Assembly (NCBI RefSeq): GCF_000400465.1
Contig: NW_008806301.1
Coordinates: 30,001 to 62,000, forward strand
Direction of reading: 5' to 3'
DNA from: Wallemia ichthyophaga EXF-994
Taxonomy: Eukaryota; Fungi; Basidiomycota
DNA length: 32,000 nt
This document shows, in pieces, positions 10,190 through 19,316 of this stretch. Each line of letters begins with the position of its first letter. The stretch's first letter is position 1. A model generated the notes under the pieces. It was not told where the DNA came from. It worked only from the letters and a program-made list of their open reading frames with translations, and searched no databases. The position numbers and the translations under genes were made by a program.

Positions 10190-11885
10190 TCATATCCTCA
10201 ATGCCAACTGCTCATTGAGCCTTGTATAGGCATCAGTCGATGCTTCGGGCGGTGAAAGTGGCGTAGGCAGCGAGAAGGCATATCGCTTGCTATCGTCAGG
10301 CAGGTATGGTGTGCTGAGGTCTCTCTTGATTGAGTGATTTGGTTGAGACAAAGCTGGGTAATATGACGCCAAGTAGGGTTGTGAGTGTGAGTATATATTT
10401 GAGATTGGTTTAACATCGTCAACCTCATCCCCCTTGTTGTCCCTCCTATACCTCAAAAACCTCGTATTGAAATTGAGCTGAGGCACTTGTCTACTTAGCA
10501 CTGCCTGCTCATACTCCTTCAGATCCTCTCCTGCAGCTTCACTCGCGCGCGGTGGACCTGACAACATAGGCAGTCTGTACTGGTCGCTGAGAGACTGCTG
10601 TTGTCTATGCAATACTGTCCTACTCTCGTTTCCTTTCACTTTCCTTTTCTGTGCCGGTGGCTGGTTCAGTTTGAGTGAACTGACGTCGTTCATACCCTTG
10701 TGTGCTGCTGCAAGTGCAAAGTCATTCTTGGCCGTATGTGCAATTTCATTCGATTGCTCTTGTTGTGGCGGTGGTTGAGGTTGTGGCTGCGTCTGCTCCT
10801 GCTCCCGCTCTTCCGTCGCATTGGCTGACATGGGCACAGACAGATACTGCGACCAGAGATCGTGCATCGATAGGTCATTCTTGGAAGAGGTATTGTGCGT
10901 CGAGATGCTGTCTCTGTCTTGTCTACCATCTCCACCGTCTATTTCCCTACCATCGTCCACACCCAAACTGTTAAGCAACTGCTGCATGTCCACGCCATCA
11001 AAAGGTAATTTGGAGGTATCTGGCTGTCTTCTGTCCCCTCGACTAACTGGATTAGCTGAATTAGCTGAATTAGGCGACATGGGCAGCTTAAACTCGAGTG
11101 GTGTATGTGGTAAGCCTGCTGTATTGATATAACCACTTCTATCAGCACCATCATTACCGAGCTGAGATTCGTAGACATGCTTAAAGCTGTCAACATCAAC
11201 TGAAGACTGGTTATTGAAGAAATTGGACCAAACAGCTTCAGTCTGGCTGGCAACGTTGGAGAATCCTATAGATTCTGGGTTGTATGCGACAGAGCCGAGG
11301 TCTAGAGTTGGCTGAGACTGCTGTGATTTTTGCTGTAATTCCTCTTCCCTATATAGATGCTCCTTCTCGCTCTCCTTCTCCTGTTTCGATTGCTGTGTCT
11401 GCGCGAGCACATTCACCTGCAGCTTACGATTCAAACGCTGTCCTTTCTTGGGGATGAGTGGATGGCCTGCGTGGCACTTGGATTGGTGGCGGCTGAGAAG
11501 ATCGCTGGGGAGTGTAAGATGATTGGCTGGTCGGTGGTAGACGCAAATACCTCCTAGAAAACTATAGAAGAAAGGGATTTAATCAGCCAGTGTATTTCAC
11601 ATAACAAGTCAACTCACAGATTCATTGCATATCTCGCACTCGTACGGCTTTTCACCCGTGTCTACTAACTTGTAAGTCGCGCCTAAATGCAGTGCTATTC
11701 ACTCACGTGTTCTCATATGTCCTGTATCCTTAAATTAGCGGTGTCTTCTCTCTCCACCACTCCCACTCACTGTACACATGCTGCTTCCGCGTAAATTTGG
11801 CCCTGTGAGCGAGTTAATTGTTGTGATATCTCAATACTCCCACTTACTGGCAAGTTGGACAGCTGAAATTTGCTTGTTCGGTCAT
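10190..11885 (-). CDS. Adr1/AmdX-like two-finger C2H2 transcription factor (copy B), about 484 aa
   Basis: Exons 11885-11848, 11802-11771, 11721-11707 (15 nt), 11661-11618, 11561-11551 (11 nt), 11504-10190. Spliced N-terminus MTEQANFSCPTCQAKFTRKQHVYRHMRTHTGEKPYECEICNESFSRSDLLSRHQSKCH, in frame with the 10190-11434 ORF. Confidence 0.9.
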
Positions 11886-11964
11886 ATAATGATTGTCCCT
11901 AACCTCCTGAGGCGTGATCATCTCGCCGATCCTCATTTGCTGAGTGAAAATAAAAATGAAATTA

Positions 11965-14386
11965 TTAAAATACATTCTCAATCAACAGCTTAAATAGTGG
12001 CAGCAGATTCTCCATATTTGGTGTATTTGGCGGTATCAAGGGGGTATTTTGCAATTGATCCCGAGTCTCACCTAGCTCACCGTCCTCACTCTCACTAGCA
12101 TCACCACTCACTTCAGTGGTCAACACCTCATCTACCCCTAGACTTCCAACTAACCCAGCAACCCACTGTCCTGCCTCTGTTTCATCTGTTTCACCTTTCT
12201 CATCACCCTCTTCCTCTTCTTGTCCCTCCCTCACCCTTCTCATCATGCGCTCCTCATATTGGAGCTTCTTCTGATAATTGTATTCAATTGTCTTGTCAGC
12301 TTCTTCCATTATCCACCGCCGCTCCGTTTCTCCAATTGGAAGTATAAATTCCAGATCCATCTTCTTATCAGCATCAACCCCATCGCGTAGGAAATCGTAA
12401 CATCCCTCAATCCACTCTCCGAAGCTATCGAACAGTGCATCCCCTTTAGAGTGAACATTGTGAACGAATGAATAGAATTGATTCTGATGGCGTGTAACTA
12501 GATCCACAAATATATGCACCGCATTTATTGGATTCGAGTGCTGCTGTTGCTCTTCCTCTACTCTCTCAACCACATCAATCAGGTCTGTTATAAAGGCTTG
12601 TAAATCATAAAGCGCATCTGAAATATTAGCTGCTTTATAAACTTGCGCGAGTGGTGTATAAAATATCGTTACCATATCTTTTAATAACTCCGCTGTAACT
12701 CCTTCAAAAATCATCTCAATCATTTGATGACGCTCTTTAAGCTTCAATTGCAATTTGAGGAGATGATCTAGTTGGAAGAAGAGTGATGACATGTCTTCAT
12801 CTTCGTCTGAGTCTTTGTCTATAAAAGAACTGTAACTACGCTGCACCATTCCCAGACTGGCGCTCGATATCTCATCACCTTTCAACACCACGTTTAAAAC
12901 ATGCGTCTCGAGCTTATCGGCTTCCTCCTTGCAATAATTATGCACCTCAAATGGAGATGCAACAAAGTGCGCAATCTTGCTTATTATTTCTTGGTTCTGT
13001 ATCCTCTCCTTAACAAGATCGACATCATCCTCCAACTGCTTAATTTCTTCGTAGATAGAAGCAGAGAACATCCTATAGATGTGTGAGCTATTAAAACCCA
13101 AAAAAATACCAAACAAACCTCTGTAATACACTCTTTTGTCCGAATGGCTGCGCAAGAAACAAATCAATTACACCCCTAACCATTGCCATCGGGTTGCTAA
13201 TCTTGAGTATACCCCTCAACACAAAATACGGCATGAGACTGTGAATACTTTTCAATCCGCTGAAGGTCTCAGAAGATGTATCACTACTGATAAATGTCGA
13301 GTAAAGTGTAGACGCGAATGATATTTTAGCCCATTCGACCACCTTTGAGTATTGTGATGGAAGGGTTTCAATGGTTTGATTATCCTTAATCAGACTAAAC
13401 ATTCTCTTGAAGCCATTCTTGGATGATATATCCGATTTAAACTGCTTGACACTCTCCATAACCTCAGCTGCACGCTCATCCATTTCCCTCTTGAATGAAT
13501 TTTTGCTTTCCACTTTCATAGCATCATGTGCCAGTCTCTTGTGAATATCTTTAATTTCCTCATCAGACAGCGCTGTGGGGTTGGAGAGGAGGAAAGATTG
13601 AAGAGTGGTGGAGTTGGCAATTGCAGATGACAAATTGAGTAAATCCTTCAAATAGGCTCTTAAAGTCAATCTATTCTTTTCTCTGAACAGTGTAGAGTTT
13701 GAGGATTTGTCTTTCTGGGGTGGAGAAGGGATATCATCGTCGGTGAACTCCAATCTGAGTTGATTAGACAGAGCCATGAAATCGTTGTAGGATCTCGCAA
13801 CATATATATCCTCAGATCGAGCCTGATTCGTCAGCTTTGAATGTATTATAAATTCGTCGTCGTGTTTGTGATGTAATAGGGATTTCTTTTGATGTGCTCT
13901 GATAGTGACGATGTTTATATGCAATTTGTGTGTGTTAGTGGAGTGCTTGCGCGTATACTGCTTCAGATCGTTAACATTTACCCTGATGACGTCTTCATCC
14001 TGCACCATCTTGAAACCGCTCGATAGGAGAATGGTCATGTGCTTCTGTAGCTTGATAATTAGGGCTTTTCTCTTTGTGAGCTCATCCTGGTCAATTGATG
14101 ATGACAAGTTTCGCGATAAGAAATCGTTTACGAACACCTGGAGCTTATCAGACCAGAAAGAGGGCGGCGAGGAAGTGAGAAGAGGGAAAGTGATGATAAA
14201 TCTATTGAAGATGTATTTGAGCAGAGGTATTGAAGTCGGGGATGGATTCACTGGCTGCGAGAATGGATTACCAAGCAAAGAGAGTCCATCGGGCTTAGAT
14301 AGCTGATCCATCTCATTCTCCAATTCCCTGCCAATGAGATATTTCTTGATATAGTGGCATCTCAACGGATTTAAGTCCACGTCCAT
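11965..14386 (-). CDS. PXB + PX + DUF3818 domain protein (yeast YPR097W/Lec1-like)
   Basis: N-terminal HYIKKYLI...FPLL...FWSDKLQVF (PX-associated), YVARSYNDF...REKNRLTLRAYL (PX), and LAQPFGQKSVLQRMFS joined across intron 13073-13118. Confidence 0.85.
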
Positions 14387-14393
14387 CACCGTT

Positions 14394-15197
14394 ATGGAGA
14401 AGATGTGCTTAATCGGATTGCTGTGGTGTTTATTAACATCAATTATTTATTTATCTTCGGTTTACTTTACAGGGAATTCAAGAGGGGATAGAAATTCAAC
14501 CAACGTTATTAAATCTCGTCTACAAAATGTTATGGCGTCAACGGTGATCGATTTAACTTTGGTTGTGGCTTTGTACTTGAGAAGCGGCTATAGCTTTACA
14601 GACACGCTCAATCTACTCGGTCTCACTCATTTACAAGTAAAATCCATCGCACTTACTCCACTGCTTTACTTGGGATACATTTCTCAAGTAATTTTAACTC
14701 ACTCTCTTCTCTCTGAATCTCTTGACATTTTCTTCCTCAGAAATTTCATCATTGCTCCCATCACAGAGGAAGTCTGCTATCGATTGTGTATAGTGTCTTT
14801 GCTCAGGTTGTATACCCACCCACATTCAAACATCTCCATCGTTCTCTTTTCTCCATTCTTCTTTGGTCTCTCTCACGTACATCACGGTGTTGTTTCTTAT
14901 CTACAACACAAATCTCTCTCAAAATCCATCTTAACCACATCCTTCCAATTCGCCTATACCTCTCTTTTCGGCTCATTTGCTGCATTTGTTTATCTCAGAA
15001 CTGGTTCTATTTACCCTTGCATCATATCTCATTCTCTCTGCAATTTCCTTGGATTGCCAATGATCAACGAAATTACGCACCTCGATAGCAAATTAAGCAA
15101 GACAATTATCTCATCCATATACTTGATCGGAATCTTTCTATTCATGTACCTCCTTTGGCCTTTGACTAGCTCAACTAACTCTTTTTGGATCCAGTGA
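14394..15197 (+). CDS. RCE1: CAAX prenyl protease 2 (CPBP intramembrane glutamic protease)
   Basis: Intronless and hydrophobic, with motifs APITEEVCYR, FFGLSHVHH and HSLCNFLG. Confidence 0.9.
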   Translation: MEKMCLIGLLWCLLTSIIYLSSVYFTGNSRGDRNSTNVIKSRLQNVMASTVIDLTLVVALYLRSGYSFTDTLNLLGLTHLQVKSIALTPLLYLGYISQVILTHSLLSESLDIFFLRNFIIAPITEEVCYRLCIVSLLRLYTHPHSNISIVLFSPFFFGLSHVHHGVVSYLQHKSLSKSILTTSFQFAYTSLFGSFAAFVYLRTGSIYPCIISHSLCNFLGLPMINEITHLDSKLSKTIISSIYLIGIFLFMYLLWPLTSSTNSFWIQ

Positions 15198-15536
15198 TTA
15201 GATTTTTTTTGCTGTACAAAACTTAGACTGAACGTCTGAATATATCATATTCTCCGGACAGAGGAACGCTTGTGCTGTTGAATGGCTTTAAAGGGGCTTA
15301 AAATTTCAGCATATACAGTCTTACTGAACAGCGTTATCTTTGGAAGCAAAAGAGCTGTAATTAGTTCAGACGTTTTAGATATGTAAAAAAATGCTTTTAA
15401 AATGTTATAATGCTGATTTTTGCCTATAGCCAATGAATAATTTTAAGGTGATAATTATTTTAAGCGGTTTTATTATTACGTTTGTAGAACATGTCAACAA
15501 TCAATTAGTACAATGGATATCAGCATTGACTAAATA

Positions 15537-15608
15537 TCGGTTATGTGGTAGGGGCTATCCTCCCAGATTCTCATTCTGGAGACCCGGGTTCGATTCCCGG
15601 TAACCGAA
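15537..15608 (+). tRNA. tRNA-Glu(CTC), intronless
   Basis: Acceptor stem TCGGTTA/TAACCGA, anticodon arm CCAGA-TTCTCAT-TCTGG, T arm CCGGG-TTCGATT-CCCGG, 72 nt, T5 run at 15613-15617. Confidence 0.9.
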
Positions 15609-15612
15609 TAAA

Positions 15613-15617
15613 TTTTT
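15613..15617 (+). terminator. Pol III oligo-dT terminator of tRNA-Glu
   Basis: TTTTT 4 nt after the discriminator base. Confidence 0.7.
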
Positions 15618-15701
15618 GGATTTGGCTTTTGGGCTCAGGCATTTTTCAAATGAAACCTGCGAAGGTTTCTCAGATTAAGGGATACAAAAAATTTCCATCA
15701 C

Positions 15702-16351
15702 TCACTTAAGTCTAGTAGAACTTTTCGGATTTATTGCTTTTTTTTGGGAGGGTGATTTATTTGCTTTTCTCTTTGCTTTTCTGAACTTTGACGAGGTAGT
15801 TGTATAACTATCACGTCCTGACTTATTTTTCAAGCAGCTTTTCTCAAAGTATGAATGCTTAAGCAATTCTTTTCTTTCATCAGTCCTAATGTTGTACTTC
15901 CAATCTTAAATTTGTTCTTTATTGTAAAGTTGTTTGTGTTACTTTTCTTATCGTCTCAAAAGGTTTGCTCATATTATTGAGTCTCTTGGATATTTTTCCT
16001 CAGTAAAAGGTCGGGTTTTCACGACCATTTCTTTTAAATGTAAGTCCTGTACTTTATATGACAGCATACCAAGACCTTTACTACCCAGTGCTACTTGATC
16101 TTTTTCTGTTTGGGATAGCAAGCAGCACGAGCTTTGGCTGCTTTCTTCTCAGTCCGTTCGTTATTTTTCATTTTTACTTTTGGTTTTGGTTTTTGTAAAA
16201 TATCTCAAATTCAGTACGATTCATTTTCACAGTAAGTCATTTTTAATTTTAATCCTATATATGCGTCATTCCCCAAAAATCTAAGTCTTTGTCGCACATA
16301 GCCTTCAAGATCACCCTCAAGTAAAAATTGTTTGTTGACATCTGAAGACAT
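15702..16351 (-). pseudogene. Decayed Lys-rich ORF of unknown family (about 215 codons)
   Basis: From ATG at 16351 one frame reads MSSDVNKQFLLEGDLEGYVRQRLRFLG...ESY*I*DILQKPKPKVKMK. After one frameshift near 16120 a second frame runs to TGA at 15702-15704. There are 6 internal stops in total (3 TGA, 3 TAA). Confidence 0.4.
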
Positions 16352-17319
16352 TGTAGAAAAATTGCGTTGCCCTACAGAGCTGCATTTCCCTTAAATTTCT
16401 TTTGGTGCTCAAGCGGCTAGGTCTGATATACATCGAATGAATTCACTGCAAAAATATTGACATTAGGAACGTTAATAGTTATACTAACAATTTTAGAAGC
16501 TAAAAAATTATTTTAAATCGATCGCTATTACCGCTGCTGCTTCTTATCAGTCTGGCATCGTTTGTATTAGGTCTCTCACTCAGAGCAGCGAAACTACACT
16601 TAACGTTATGGCAGATAGTATTGAAGTGTAGAGGAATTTACCAAGAAAAAAAAAGTTTTCCAATCCCTGGTCGTAGAGTTGAAAGTAAACATTCAAAGAG
16701 ATATGTGCATTTATAAATAATTTGAAATAAATTGACAAAAAAGTCCTTGCTTAGCATTCTATTTTTTGTTATTGCCGAACACTTACTATGAAAGCGAAAC
16801 ATATCAACAATAACATAATCATATGTACAAAAACATTTTGTCGATAAATCCAACCTTCGAAAATCTACTGACACTAATTATCTCGTATTTTCTAAATTTT
16901 TTAGAGTTAAGTGTTGAGTTGATATTATCAAAGTAAAAAATTGGCAACATGTAAATTTAAAAATTCCATAGTGATACTTAGCTCGAATGAGAGCCATAGG
17001 AGTCCTATTGATGATGATGATGAAATATGAATATATTTTTAAGACGATACATGTTTAATCTGCGTCCATCAATACTTTTTAAAGCATGAGGATTCAAATG
17101 GGGTGCTGAATTTACTGGTAGCGTTTCTTGACTAGCGTCGTAGTTTGTAATTTGTTGAAGGTTCTCAATTACCCTGAACCACCGGAGTATCTTTGGTAAG
17201 TAGTCAATTGCGGATTAAACAAATCATAAAGGGCTTATCATACGAGTCCTTAGTTGTTGTGATTTTCTGCGAAAATTTGTTTAAAAGATATAAATTATTT
17301 ATAAAAAAGTTTCGATATC

Positions 17320-17400
17320 GGTTCGATGGTCTAGGGGTATGATTCTCGCTTTGGGACACCAATTTGCGAGAGGTCCAGGGTTCAAATCCCTGTCGAACCC
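17320..17400 (+). tRNA. tRNA-Pro(TGG) with a 9-nt intron (17356-17364)
   Basis: GGTTCGA/TCGAACC acceptor stem, CTCGC-TTTGGG[ACACCAATT]T-GCGAG anticodon arm, CAGGG-TTCAAAT-CCCTG T arm, T7 terminator directly after. Confidence 0.92.
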
Positions 17401-17407
17401 TTTTTTT
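17401..17407 (+). terminator. Pol III oligo-dT terminator of tRNA-Pro
   Basis: T7 immediately 3' of the tRNA. Confidence 0.75.
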
Positions 17408-17922
17408 CCTTTTACAATCTTAAAAGATCATAATTCCTGTCAATTATGTTGATGGTGCAGCTGATGAGACCGCTCGATTTCAGAGAGCTCGAAATTAAAC
17501 TGTTCGTGTTGTTTGCTGTCTGTATGACTCCACAATGTCCGGAGTTCGAGAGCGCGGAGGAGCGTTGAAGATACAAAAAGGAAAAAAAAAGAAAAACAGC
17601 TTTATTCAGAAACAAAGATTGCTTCATGATGCATAATTTGCTCAAAAATATTAGTTCGACTATTAGCAAAATATTTCTTTTTAATGTCCTATGTATTAGA
17701 ATTAAATGTAGATATTATACAGCAATGAAATGAATATGTGTGAAAGAGTGAGGGCACAAGCCAAGCAAACACCGTCGCTCAAACGAGTCCCCCCCCTCCC
17801 CCAATCAAAGAATGATGGCACCAAACATGGCCGAAACAATGGTCAAACCAAAGAATCTATATGGTAAATTTGACGAGGAAAGAGCGCCAGAAGAGTTATT
17901 CTCTTCAAGTACAGCGACGCTG

Positions 17923-18918
17923 TTAGAAGGTCAATAGAAGTACTACTGAAAACACTAAACAAACCCACCTTGGATCAACAGATGGTGACTCCTTGATAGC
18001 TGGATTAGACTTGGTCGGTACAGCATTGGAGTCAACGGTTTTGCCGTCCTGAAATGGTGTGACTTGTGCTTTGCCCTCTCCTGTCTTCGTTGGTTCTCTG
18101 TAGTCATCCTGGTAGGTTGAAGTTTTTCCAGTGCCTTCAAAGCTACCTTTCTCCTTCTGTGTGCCGTCAATCATTGAGATGATGTTTGCACATGCAATCC
18201 GTGTGTTAGATTCATCCGTGATCACCACAGAGCGGCCGAGAAGAGAGAACGGTTGAGGGAAGAACCTGAGGTATTCATCTCTAAATTCCTCTTTGCATGA
18301 GCCATGGCTGTGCATTTTGAGCTGGCCATGTTTGCCTGACAGGTCACCTTCTTTGCAGTACTCTGGTTTCTTCTCGTCGCAGATTACGTTCTCTGGAATA
18401 CCAACTGGGTTGACTAGAGAGGCGTTAGATTCGGTGGTATCTAAGCATTTCTACCCACGGATATCTCCTGCACTGTTGCAATCGCCATCATCTATCCGCT
18501 GCACGTTGACGGAATAATTGTATCTCTTGTGCTCTTCCAAACCCTCATTTATATCAATCTCAACGACTGTGGGCTCTTTCCAGTTACCTTTAATCTTCAC
18601 ATTACCCTTGATATTGTCTGTAAATTGTGCGTGTGCGATTTGATGTATGTTCTTCCAATCGATGTTGTTTGGATCGTCTGGTGTTGCTTTTTCATCGCCG
18701 CTGCTGCTTGCAGTTACCATGTCTGACTTGTCAAAGTTGCTATTGGTGTCTTTTAATTGTTGCGTTGTGTCTTGCTGTTTCGGTTGATTACCGCCGTTGA
18801 ATGCATTAATCGCGCTGCTGATAGAACCATTCATGTCTCCAAGCTGTCTGGAGTTGATGGCAGCTGCTGATACTGCTGCTGAAATAAGTGAGAGTGCTGC
18901 GATCCTGTTCAGTAACAT
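17923..18918 (-). CDS. Secreted, probably GPI-anchored Cu/Zn-SOD-fold (Cu-only SOD5-like) protein lacking the copper ligands, about 316 aa
   Basis: Signal peptide MLLNRIAALSLISAAVSA, intron 18414-18458, SOD-family motifs EGDLSGKHG and SLLGRSVVIT...RIACANI, S/T/P/K-rich stalk, hydrophobic C-terminal tail WVCLVFSVVLLLTF. Confidence 0.8.
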
Positions 18919-19077
18919 TTTTGATGTGAAAAATCCTGATTCCTGGTGAGTGTTGTAGTAAGTTGATGCGCTTGCTAATGAAGAAAGAGAGTAATTCAGT
19001 CTCCCTTTTATATTCCTCAATATCATTCCATTTCTTCCCCTTCCTCCGCCTACACAAACGCGACATGCCTACCGGAT

Positions 19078-19140
19078 TGTCTGGAATGTCTGGAATGTCT
19101 GGAATGTCTGGAATGTCTGGAAGATCTTGAAGATCTGGAA
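19078..19140. repeat. 9-bp tandem repeat (TGTCTGGAA) x5 plus two variant units
   Basis: Five perfect copies at 19078-19122, then GATCTTGAA and GATCTGGAA. Confidence 0.95.
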
Positions 19141-19316
19141 TGCAATGAAGATATAAAGTAATATTAACATTTATACAATTTTGAATGAGCAGAATCTCAA
19201 GAAAATGCTGCTGGATTTATGCTACTTTCATTATAACAAGATTTTTAAGAATGCTGATCATGATTGGTTCTAAGAAATGCGTGAATGCCATTGTCGTTGC
19301 CGAGTTCATATGCTTA

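Noticed and set aside
16608-16880. + strand ATG-initiated frame (MADSIEV*RNLPRKKKFSNPWS*...) as a second pseudogene
   Set aside because: Stop density is about what this AT content predicts, and no family is recognisable.
17412-17669. 85-aa - strand ORF and a possible tRNA-derived SINE (tRNA head + body + A-rich tail at about 17572-17596)
   Set aside because: The ORF starts at a non-ATG codon and runs over a T-rich tract. A T7 terminator separates the tRNA from the body, and no target-site duplication is visible.
19078-19140. Heat-shock element reading of the GAA-containing repeat
   Set aside because: GAA recurs every 9 bp in one orientation; an HSE needs alternating nGAAn/nTTCn units on a 5-bp grid.
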